Source: Scyliorhinus canicula (lineage: Eukaryota). From it: 64,000 bases of DNA. The position numbers and the translations under genes were made by a program. Position 1 is the first letter of the stretch; each line of letters starts with the position of its first letter. Location of the stretch: positions 120,641,727 through 120,705,726 of the forward strand of contig NC_052162.1 in the NCBI RefSeq assembly GCF_902713615.1. Direction: 5' to 3'. Positions 39,170-50,204 of this stretch are shown one piece after another. The notes beneath the pieces were generated by a model. That model saw only the letters and a program-made list of their open reading frames with translations. It did no database searches and was not told where the DNA came from.

Positions 39170-40052
39170 GGGACAGGATTTCTGTTCTGGCGAGGGTGTG
39201 ACCGGGGCCGGGGGGGGGGGGGGGGGGGGGGGGGGGAGGGTGCCACAGACCCAGCCATTTATTTTGTAGAGGCTGTTTTACGTGGCGTGGCTGCCAACCC
39301 CTCAGCGGTCGCAGCATCGGTGAGGGGGCTGCGCCGATTTTTTCCATGTAAAACTGCACAGATCCTCCGCAATTAGCCTCGGGATTGGAGAATTTGGCTC
39401 AATATCTGTCACTGATTAAGGGACAGGGGACGGGATTCTCCGCTTGCCGACGGTGATTTTGTAATCAGCGATCAGACAGAGAATTCCTTTTTCCGACTGA
39501 ATCGGGGGTGGCGGCAGTTTTTGGACGATCCGCACCCTCCAAAACGGCATCATTGAGGAGTATGGCGCTGCCATTGGGACGGCCTCAGGATGTTAGCTGA
39601 AGGCCCTCATCCGATGCTCCACCCCTGATGGGCCAAGTTCCCGACCGCGCAGTTGATGTGTGGGCCCAGCCGTGCGGGAACCCGCGTGGCGACTGCGGAC
39701 TGTGTCCAGCGGCTCCACAGTCGGTGAGGGGGGGGCGGCTTCGGCGAGGGCTGGGGGGACTGGTGGTCCAGGGGTGGCAAGGGGGGAATCCAGGGGGGGG
39801 CACTATCTGGCAGGTCAGGTCCACGCGTGGCCTACGCCATGTTGTCCAGAGCGACTGCTGCAGGACATCACCATGCGCATGTGCGGCCACGGACCCGGCC
39901 ATTCTCTGGTCGGCTATTTTGTGGAGGCCGTGCGTTTTATGTGGCGCGATGCTAGCCCCTCACCGGTCAGAGGATCAGTGCTGGGACCTCGCCCATTTTT
40001 CCCACGTAAAACACCACGGATTGTCCAGACAGGCCCAAAATCAGAGAATGTT
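39170..40052. mobile_element. Two tandem GC-rich MITE-like elements
   Basis: Ends resemble inverted gggattctc / gagaat; 39240-39400 and 39880-40050 are diverged direct copies. Confidence 0.45.
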
Positions 40053-41662
40053 TCAATTCTCTGCGAATAACTTGCACAGAAAACTCAAGGTAAGATGAAT
40101 TAAAGAGGTTGGGTTATTTTTACACACACGGGGGGGGGGGGGGGGGAAGGATTTCACAACACCCACCCACTTTTACACTGGTACAATAAACGGGGGATAA
40201 GGAAAAAGGAAAAGGGTTCCGGGAATGACCACAATAAAATACAAGTTATGGTTTTCCATGTGTCCAGAATCCAAAGTCTAATGGAATGTTCCTTCAGAGG
40301 GAGGTTTACTGTTGCGGGAGATCCGTCTTCCCAGCAGTGAGACTTCCACGATGGGGGAAGACATGGAGAGTGAGTCAGTCTGGGAGGCACAAGATCCAAT
40401 GTTTCTGCCATATGCAGGTTTTTTTATTTATATTTTTATTGATGTTTTTCCATTTTAACAAATATCCAACAAAAGCTCCGGATTGGTGCAGCACAGCAGA
40501 AATGTCTCAGCAATACAGAAACACAGGAGAGGACAGGAGGGCGACAATACAGGTGGATCAGTATAATCATTAAGCTTGGTGTGTCCGTACGTACCAATGG
40601 ATATACTGGAGAACAAGGGAGAGGAGGAAAAGGCCATGAAGAGATGGTGAAACGGTGACACCTTCCCCCCGTAGCGAGTGCTCGAACCGCCCACCAGAGT
40701 CCAGGATAAGATCACGGTGCCAGGTTCGGGCGAGCGTCAGAACACATCTCCCCCAGCTCCAGTCACACCAGAGGTATCAATAACACATCCTTATGTCCCC
40801 TTCTCAGATACAAGACCTGTCTGTACCTTTGCAGGAACCAGTCAACGGTTCTTAAACCCCAAAATAACAGAGACATAAATTTCAGAAAAGAATCAACCAG
40901 GACACTCGTCCTAAAAGGACGCAATAAAACCCCAACACCGGCACAGCACAGAACAATCATCATTCAACATAATTACACAGAGATGACCAGCAAATATTCA
41001 CACAATTGGTTCAAATTCTAACCGATGCAGCTTCCAAGAGACTAACAATGATAGAATTTTTTAAAGTACGACCAAAACCAGAGGATCTCAGGAACCAAGA
41101 TACAGCCCTGAGCATGCGGTCCCCTTGACGCACGCCCCTCACCACAAGACAAAAAAGGAAAAAGCTGCTCATTTGAAATCTCACTCAGCCTCTCAGGACA
41201 CTCCGGCCAAGAAGGAACCTCCCAAGCAAAAGGGGGCAACAGGAAAGCGTCCACAGTACAAGACCTGACCCGGCCCTGTCCACCCTTGTACACAAGAGTC
41301 AGGAAAGCAAGGATAGCCACACCGTGCCAGCACTCACTACACACCCAACCTCACTCCTCTCTCACCACATCCCAGGGCAGTGCACTGTCCCTGTCAACAC
41401 AAGAAGATTCACACCGTCCTCCACCAAGGAGATTCCACCCACAAGTAAAGGAAAACTCGTCAAGCCACCCAACAACTGGGCATCTCTGGAGGGGTACGTC
41501 CTCCATCCCCGCACACGGCAAAGGAACCCCCCCCCCCGACATACAAGATACCAAATCAGGGCCGACATCAGCACACTACCTCCCCAAGGAAAAGTAACCC
41601 CAAAAGAGAGTAACACCAGGATTGGCCAAAGGATGGCAGACAAGAACGAGCACCATATGGGA

Positions 41663-42018
41663 TGTTAAGTAAATTGTCATATATATTATCATCTTTACGT
41701 AAATAATAATACATGTATAACTGTTGTAGTTCCAGCATCCGACCTCCAGGTGGTGTGAGTATGCAGACACGTGACCCGGGCACACCATGTGTTCCGAAGG
41801 TGTTGGTGAGGAGTTTGCAGCAGTCGCATATTAGAGTGACTCTGTCATACCTTAGTGTAAATTAGTGTTAGACCATTATTTCCAACTGTATTAATCTTAG
41901 ATATTTTAGTAATTTCTTAGTGTCGTGTTACTAATAAATAACTGTGTTTATGAAACAAAGTCTGATGTTCTTTATTCACATGACAATCAAGATTCAACAT
42001 CAGCCCAATCAAAGAACA
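41663..42018 (+). mobile_element. Probable solo LTR
   Basis: TGTT...AACA termini, internal AATAAA, AT-rich relative to flanks, degenerate 5-bp flank match tggga/ttgca. Confidence 0.45.
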
Positions 42019-42291
42019 TTGCACCGTGCACCATCACAAAAAGGGTAATCTGGGCTGAGCTGCGTAGCCTCATCGGCAACAAAACACTGCCTCCCCATGG
42101 GAGCCCTGCGTCAACAAGGAGGGCATTCAGGAAGTCACTATATAATCCCACTTGGAGCAGGGGGCCTATCTCCCCCCTCAGCCTCACCCTCGCACCCAAG
42201 GGCTTCAACATCATTGATCCACAACACTCAAACTCTCACTCAAACCCTCCAACCCACAGCTTACTACCTCCCCAGAACCTATCCTGAGAGG

Positions 42292-42785
42292 ATTGATTGA
42301 TGATTTGATTGATTTGTTTTATTGTTACGTGTACCGAGGTACAGTGACAAGTATTGTTCTGCGTACAGTCCATACAAATTGTTCCATACATGAAAAACAA
42401 AACATAGGACATGGATAAATACACAATGTAAATACATAGACACAGGCATCGGGCAAAGCATATGGAGTGCAGTACTACTCAGTAGAGAAGATGTGTGAAG
42501 AGATCAGTTCAGTCTATAAGCGAGTTATTCAGGAGTCTGGTAACAGCGGGGAAGAAGCTGTTTTTTATCTGTTAGTGCGTGTTCTCAGACTTTTGTATCT
42601 CCTGCCTGTTAGAAGGGGTTGGAAGAGAGAATAATTTGGGTGGGAGAGGTCTTTGATTATTTCCCAAGGCAGTGGGAGGTGTAGACAGGTGGGAGGTGGG
42701 TTTGTGTGATGGACTGGGCTGTGTTCACGACTCTCTGTAGTTTCTAATGGTCTTGCCCCGAGCAGCTGCCATACCAGGCTGTGGA
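42292..42785 (-). mobile_element. Rex1-like LINE 3' end (plus-strand tail copy at 9190-9372)
   Basis: Tail gtacctcggtacacgt(g/a)acaataaa followed by (aatc)n. Confidence 0.65.
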
Positions 42786-43009
42786 GGAGGACCAGAGGAG
42801 GAGCAGACCAGGGGTCTCCAAAGGGGACAACTCAGGGAGAGAAACTCACTCCATCACCCAACAGACCCTCCGCCCGACCCAATAAACACAGCTACTCCTG
42901 CCCTGCCCTCGCCCATCAAGTGACCACTGCCACTCCCAGGCAGCCAAGAGAATATTGAAGATGACAAGTGGAACAAGGATTAACTGACCACACCCAGTTC
43001 CTCGTGCTC

Positions 43010-43410
43010 ACTAGTCCCCTTGGGTCTCTCGTGTTTTTGGGACGATTTCTGTATATTCCTCTGTGAAGACAGACACGCATTGTTCAGTTTCTCTGACATG
43101 TCCTTATTCCCCATTATAAACTCTCCTGTCTCTGCCTGGAATGGACCCACAATGGTCTTTGCTAATCTTTTCCTTTTCACATTCCTATCGGAGCTTTTCC
43201 TGTCGGTTTTTATGTTTCTCATCAGTTTGATCCCATATTCTATTTTCTCTTTATCAGTTCCTCCTTTGCTGAATTCTAAATCAATCACCAATCCACAGGC
43301 ATATGGCTATTTTGGCCACTTTATGAGCCTCTTCCTTTGATCTAATGGAATCCTTAAATTTTCTCGTTAGCCACAGTTGCATCACTTTTCCTGTGGCTTT
43401 TTGTTCCTTA
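43010..43410 (-). mobile_element. CR1-like fragment paralogous to 31300-31700
   Basis: ORF 42980..43291; nearly the same sequence and flank as the copy downstream of ZNF-E. Confidence 0.75.
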
Positions 43411-44016
43411 AAGCAGTCAACATTTGATGTCAACATCTAATAATACCTTAGAAATTAGTGATTGCCTGTCTATTGTCATACCTATTGTTGTAATGTCCCA
43501 AACTACCACAGACAACTTGCCTTTCAAACCTTGACAGTTTTCTTTGTGAAAAACACGTGGATAAATTAAACAAAGGAACCATGTAACCATCATAGCCCAT
43601 CTTGGCAAGGTGGCATGCTTTCAGAGGTTCCAAACAGAAATGGGAACGACATATCTTCCAACCATCAAACACCCTTTCGCTCTGTGATCCTTGTGAAAGT
43701 TGAAGCCAGGAATTCACAACCTGGCTCAATGATCATCAGCCCACTGGAGGCAAATTTGTGAGACCAACCAGTCCAGCAGGAAGAAACCCTCCGCCCATCC
43801 TTATTGATCAACTGACAGAATTAACACAATGCAGCCCTGGATGCAATTGAGAGCAGAACAGCGGAATCCAACCCCTGTAATCAATTGTGAACTTGGTGTG
43901 TGAGCATGTGCGATCAAACACAAAATCTCTCCCACACGGAGAGCAGGTGAACGGCCTCTCCCCAGTGAGAACTTGGCAGTGTGTCCGCAGTTGGGATGGA
44001 TCACTGAATATCTCAC

Positions 44017-44970
44017 CTACTCAGAGCAGGTGAACGGCCTCCCCCCAGTGTGAACTCGCTGGTGTGTTCGCAGGTTGGATAACCAAGCAAATCTCTTCCC
44101 ACACTGAGAGCAAGTGAACGGCCTCTCCCCAGTGTGAACTCGCTGGTGTGACTTCAGGCTGGATGACTGAGTGAATCCTTTCCCACACTGAGAGCAGTTG
44201 AACGGCCTCTCCCCAGTGTGAACTCGCTGGTGGCTCTGCAGGTGGGATAATCGAGTGAATCCATTCCCACATTGGGAGCAGGCGAATGGCCTTTCCCCAG
44301 TGTGAACTCGCTGGTGTGTCCGCAAACTGGATATCCGAGTGAATCCCTTCCCACACTGAGAGCAGGTGAACGGCCTCTCCCCAGTGTGAATTTGCAGATG
44401 ATTCTGCAGGGCGGATGAATGTCTGAATTTCTTCCCACACTGAGAGCAGGCGAACGGTTTCTCTGCAGTGTGAATTCGTTGATGTGTCCGCAGGTTCCAT
44501 AAGTGAGTGAATCCCTTCCCACACTGAGAGCAGGTGAACGGTCTTTCCCCAGTATGAACTCGCTGGTGTGCCCGCAGTTGGGAGAACTGAGTGAATCCCT
44601 TCCCACACTGAGAGCAGGTGAATGGCCTCTCCCCAGTGTGAACTCTCTGGTGTGTCTGCAGGGTAGATGAATGACTGAATCCCTTCCCACACTGAGAGCA
44701 GGTGAATGGCCTCTCCCCAGTGTGAACTCGCTGGTGTGTCTGCAGGGCGGATAACCGAGTGAATCTCTTCCCACACTGAGAGCAGATGAATGGCCTCTCC
44801 CCAGTGTGAACTCGCTGGTGTTTCTGCAGGTCAGAGAATTGAGTGAATCCTTTTCCACACTGAGAGCAGGTGAATGGCCTCTCCCCAGTGTGAATGCGCC
44901 GATGAATTTCCAGCACAGAAGGTGCTGTGAATCCCTTCCCACAGTCCTCACATTTCCATGGTTTCTCCAT
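44017..44970 (-). CDS. C2H2 zinc-finger protein ZNF-F (11 fingers)
   Basis: ORF 44017..45006, ATG of MEKPWKC at 44970; intact CxxC...HxxxH repeats. Confidence 0.9.
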   Translation of the reverse strand: MEKPWKCEDCGKGFTAPSVLEIHRRIHTGERPFTCSQCGKGFTQFSDLQKHQRVHTGERPFICSQCGKRFTRLSALQTHQRVHTGERPFTCSQCGKGFSHSSTLQTHQRVHTGERPFTCSQCGKGFTQFSQLRAHQRVHTGERPFTCSQCGKGFTHLWNLRTHQRIHTAEKPFACSQCGKKFRHSSALQNHLQIHTGERPFTCSQCGKGFTRISSLRTHQRVHTGERPFACSQCGNGFTRLSHLQSHQRVHTGERPFNCSQCGKGFTQSSSLKSHQRVHTGERPFTCSQCGKRFAWLSNLRTHQRVHTGGRPFTCSE

Positions 44971-46774
44971 GTTTTCGGTCTCCTTGTGTGCGTCCAGTTT
45001 GGACAATCAGTTGAGGCTTTGTCCACACACAGAACACGTGTACAGTCTCTCCCCGCTGTGAATGGTGTGATGTTTTTTCAGGCTGTGTAACTGGTTAAAG
45101 CTCTTTCCACAGTCAATGCTCTGGAACACTCTCACTCGGGTGTGTGTGTGTCTCGGTGCTTTTCCAGTCACACTGATATTTAAAATCTTTTGAAGCTGAC
45201 AGAACAGACAAACATTTCTCCTTCTAGATTCGAAGGCCAATGATATTCAGGTTCTAAGGAATTGAGGGACTGTCAGATCCAGACAACATGTATTAGATTT
45301 CTGCCTGTAATTCATCCTCTTCGAATCTCCTGTTAAATCAATTTACAAAAGACATCACTGTCAGCACAGGATAGAAATTCAGAACAGACAATTCTACTTA
45401 CAATGGAACATTCTTTCCTCTCTCATTCCCCAAAAGGTGTAAATCTCCATCCCACACACTCTCCCTCCATTCTCACTCTGCTGTATCTAATATTCACCCT
45501 CCCAATTCTCCTGAAGGTGCTGATTCAGGCTGATTGACAGATCCAAGCTCACTGCTTCCTGTCCAGAGATCATAACAAATCGGAGCTGCAGTCGGGAATT
45601 CTGCCCATCGGGTTTGCTTAACCATTTAATGGGATCATTGGCCAATCTACCTCAGCACCATTTTCCAACACTATCCCCCATATCCCTCGATACCTTCACT
45701 CCCTTGAAATGTTATCAATCTCTGATTTGAAAATACTAGATGACTGAAGTTCCACAGTCCTCTGGGGTAGAGAATTCCAAATGCTGACAGGGGGAGTGAG
45801 GGGAAGATGTGTTTGGTGGTGGAATCATGCTGGAGTTGGCAGACAGCACCTCATCTTCTGGTTAGGCATGTTACACCCTTCCGGACTGAACATGGAGTTC
45901 AACAACTTCAGACTCTCCACCACCTTTACCCCATTTTTATCTATCAATATATTTTTGTTTTAATTTCTTCCATTGATCGTTTTTTTCCCTCACCATTATT
46001 CTCCTCCCCTCCCCCCATTCCAACTATTTCAAGCTGCCCTTTACACACTGCTCACCTTTATTCTGCCATTCACAGATTCTAACTTTTTTATATATCACTA
46101 TCAGCACCCTTCTTAGCCTTAATTACCACCATTTGCATTCCTTTTATCTTCTGTTTTCGACATCTTTGACAATCTCCACCTATTGCTGCCCCTATCCAGC
46201 CTCACCGCTCCATTCCATCCCTCCCCCACTACACGACAAATCTGACCCCATTTCCAGTTCTCTCTAACTGTCACAGAGTCATCCAGACTCAGAACATTAG
46301 TTACCTTTTCATAGATTATCATAGAATTTACAGTGCAGGAGGCCATTCAGCCCATCAAGTCTGCACTGGCTCTTGGAAAGAGCATCCTACCCAAGGTCAA
46401 CACCTCCACCCTATCCCCATAACCCAGTAACTGCACCCAACACCAAGGGCCATTTTGGACACTAAGGGCAATTTAGCATTACCAATCCACCTAGCCTGCA
46501 CATCTTTGGACTGTGGGAGGAAACCGGAGTACCCGGAGGAAACCCATGGACACACAGGGAGAACGTGCAGACTCCGCACAGACAGTGACCCAAGCCGGGA
46601 ATCGAACCTGGGATCCCGGAGCTGTGAAGCAATTGTGCAAACCACTATGCTACCGTGCTGTTCGGGTACACAGAGGGAAAATTCAGAATGTTCAAATTAC
46701 CAGACAGTACGTCTTTTGGGACTTGTGGGAGGAAACCGGAGCACCTGGAGGAAACCCGTGCAGACACAGGGAGA

Positions 46775-47645
46775 ACTCTGGGGAAACCAACCCTTTTAAT
46801 TGTGAACATTAGGAAAGAGACCGCCCTTTTAGCCAGACAAATAAATGTGTCAAGCAGAGGGAGCAAAGGATGTCAATGTGTTTGAGAGAGAGAGACGTGG
46901 GCCAAGTTTTCCAGAGTCTGCACCCTCCCTGGATTCACTTCCTTTCCCTTCAGTTGCTGCAAGTGACCAATGGAAGGTGAGAATGAGAAAAGAAATTGAA
47001 AGGGGGAGAAAAGAAAGTGTTTTACTCACAGATGTTGGAGACAGGAAGAAGTTTCCGTCTGTGTCATGGTCAAAGTTCATTAACACAAGGTCTGCCTTCT
47101 GATTGGCTGGAGGACAATAGTCCTTCTGGTCCTCCCAGTTTCCCATTGGTCAACACCTCAGCAGGGAGGTCAGGGGGTGGGCCTTCCTCCACACATGCGC
47201 AGCTTCCCCTCACCCTTGGACATGCGTAGTACCTGATCACCCGCCCGTGCGGCGGATAGAGCGTTTTCCCCAGCGCGGGGGATTCTGGGACCTTCGGCCG
47301 ACACTCTCCAAACTCCTGGGTTTGGGATGAAAAGTGGAGGGGGGCAGTGACCTCACCCTGACACAAAGCACATGTTGGTAGTCACGGGAATTGATTGTGA
47401 CGTTCGCCCTTAGCACCTGGAGAGGGCAATGGGTGAGAGTGAAACTGAAGCCGAGAGTCAGCATCTTCACGGGAGGAGATTTGGGGAAATGCAGGAGGAC
47501 AGAAGGATAAATTAGTGTTAAAATCAATAGTGAGGAGAGCATGTGTGAGGTTCAGATATTTATAGTTTGAGAGGAAGAATTATTTTCTGTGATAACTAGG
47601 ATTGTCAGTTTTGAATTTCTATTCTGTAATCACAGTGATGACTTT
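46775..47645 (-). promoter_or_regulatory. Bidirectional promoter and 5' exon cassette for ZNF-F
   Basis: Same cassette; CATGCGCA and ATTGG motifs; the opposite arm continues into plus-strand ZNF intron homology (47590-47645) before a SINE. Confidence 0.7.
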
Positions 47646-49424
47646 AATAAAAAAATTATATATATTTAGAGTACTCAATAATTTTTTGCCAATTAAGGGG
47701 CAATTTAGCATGGCCAATCCACCTAACCTGAACATCATTTTGGGTTGTGGGGGCAAGACCCACGCAGACACGGGGAGAATGTGCAAACTCCACATTGTCA
47801 GCGACCCACGGCCGGGAGTGAACCTGGGTCCTCAGCATTGTGAGGCAGCAGTGCTAACCACTATGCCACCCTGATGATGTCAATCCTATCACATCCATTA
47901 AAGTCTCTATCAGGTCAGTCTTCAACCTTCTCTTCCCCAGGGGAAATATCCCCAACCTGTTCAATCTCTCCTGAAACTTAAACACTCTCAGTTCTGATAT
48001 CATCCTTGTTGGTCTTGCACATCGTGGAGGTCCTATCTCTGTTTTAAAGGGTATATAATTAATATTTAGATTCAGTTTAATTTGGTTGAAGTGTCTTATT
48101 TACTCAGTTCCAAAATGACCCTCTAAAATGCCTCAATTCGAAAGAGGCTTAACAATCAGGCAAGAGAGGACTCTCAAATGTCAAATGTTTATTTCTTTAA
48201 AAGCAGTATACTGATGAAGTACACGAGTGACGTTCATCACCTCAATTGGGTGACCTGCCCTGGGAGAAGTGTGAATCTTCTTCAGGTTCCTGAACCAACA
48301 GTGATTTCCCAAAATCCTGCCCAGGAGCACTCAGTGTCTCCACGACTAGAGTCCAACTTACAAAGCCCAAGATCACTCACAAATCCCACTTTGACCTCTT
48401 GAATTAATATTACCTCATCTTGAATCAGACCTGTTGTAATCAGACAATTGGTCATTATTGTCACTGGGTTAATTTTATTGGATTTAACCATTGATGTAAA
48501 TTGTTCCGTGGAGCAGAACAATGGGACTGTTCAGGATTTCCCTATTATCTGAGTTTAGACAAGATCATGAACGGTTTGCATCGAGTAAATGAAGAGAAAC
48601 TGTTTCTACTGACAAATGGTTTGTTAACCAGAGGACACAGATTTAAGGTAATTCACACAGAAGCCAGAGGGGAAATGAGGAAGATGAATCTTTACACAGT
48701 GAGGTGTGATCCGGAATGCACTGCCTGACAGGCTGGTGGAAGCAGATTCAACACAGGGAGTTGGATAAATTTTAGAAAGGGACTAGCTTTCAGGGAAAGG
48801 ACAGGATGGTGGGACTAATTGAGTAGTTATTTCAAAGAGCCAGCACAGGCATGATGGGCCGAATGTCCTCCTGTGCAGTGCGATTCTGTGATCAAAGATA
48901 AATAAATGTGTGTCTGCAATATGTACAGTGATGTCAATAATGTCTGGAATTCTCTTTTCCTTCCAATTTGATTTTAGACAAAAGAGAACAGAAGCAAATG
49001 GCTTTCAGTACATTGACCAGCCCCGATGTTACACAGAGGGGTAAAGGGGTGGATTCTCAGACCAGCGAGTCAAGGCAGCCCCTTTAAATGGCCAGTTCCC
49101 ACACTGTAACCACTGAAGGGAAGCAGCCTCGGTCCATACTGGGAGCTCCTGCCGTCCCCATCAGCTGGCTCGCGCCAGGGACCCGGGTTCGATTCCCAGC
49201 TTGAGTCACTGTCTGTGCAGAGTCTGTACATTCTCCCAGTGTCTGCATGGGTTTCCTTCGGGTGCTCCAGTTTCCTCCCACAAGTCCCGAAAGACGTGCT
49301 TGTTAGGTGAATTCGACATTCTGAATTTTCCCTCACTGTACCCGAACAGGCACCGGAGTGTGGCGATTACGGGATTTTCACAGTAACTTTATTGCAGTGA
49401 TAATGGAAGCCTACTTGAGATTTT

Positions 49425-50005
49425 TATTTTTAGGTGCGATGAATTATTGAATCTCTTTCCACAGTCAGAGCAGGCAAACGGCCTCTCGTCAGTATGAACT
49501 CGCTGGTGTGTCCACAGGCTGGATGGAACATGGAATCCTTGCCCACACAGAGGAGCAGAATGGTCACACCCTGGTGTGAATGTGCCGATGAGTTTCCACT
49601 GTCGATGGACAACTCAATCTCGCTGGTGTCTCTGCAGTGCAGATGACCTTCTAAACTTCTTTGTGCAGTGAGAGCAGCTAAATGCGCTCTCCCCGGTGTG
49701 AATGCACTTGTGCATTTCCATTGTTTCCTGCTGTCTCTTCGGGTAAGACAATCAGTTGAAGGCTCACACAGAATACGTGTACCGTCTCTGCCCGCTGTGA
49801 TGGTGCAATGCTTTTTCAGGCTCTTTCCAGAGTCAGAATCAGGAACACTCTCACTCGGGTGTGTGTCTCAGTGCTTTTCCAGTCACACTGATGTTGAAAA
49901 CATTTTGAAGCACAAGGAATAATAAAACATTGCTCCTCCTGGATTTAAAAGCCATTGTTCTTCAATGAATTGAGTAACGTTGTCAGATTTTGATGTGAAG
50001 TTGAT
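49425..50005 (-). pseudogene. Heavily deleted ZNF pseudogene
   Basis: Finger remnants (tgaactcgctggtg), FN-TGA motif near 49752, and 5'UTR homology to about 50005, where L1 sequence begins. Confidence 0.75.
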
Positions 50006-50204
50006 TTAAAAAATAGCCACGCCTAGGCCCGGGGGGGGGGGGGGGGGGGGGGGTGTCCTCGCCTTCATTAAGTGCACCCGTGCACAACTTTCAAATGAGT
50101 CAACCCCAGCCTCACACACGAGTTTGAGGCGTTAACCCTCCACAGCACCTCACACCATAGTCCGTCCTCCAACATCATCCCAAACTCTTCCACCGACTTT
50201 TAAA

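Noticed and set aside
39205-39240. Long poly-G or poly-C runs (also near 38733, 40130, 50030, 50430, 52133) as functional G-quadruplexes
   Set aside because: Most lie inside TE remnants, and homopolymer lengths are prone to slippage and sequencing error.
45007-45009. Conserved in-frame TGA as selenocysteine or programmed readthrough
   Set aside because: ZNF-A has TAG immediately after it, ZNF-H has a second TGA four codons upstream, and one copy has TAA. The interrupted finger lacks its last His, and no SECIS was recognisable.
44021-45026. Long alternative-frame ORFs over ZNF arrays (MWEGIHSV..., ...RDS...[10 protein letters not shown]...), also at 145-402, 14664-15728 and 32783-33388
   Set aside because: These are shadow frames of the repetitive 84-nt finger unit, which is stop-poor; most begin at GTG or TTG and have no independent support.
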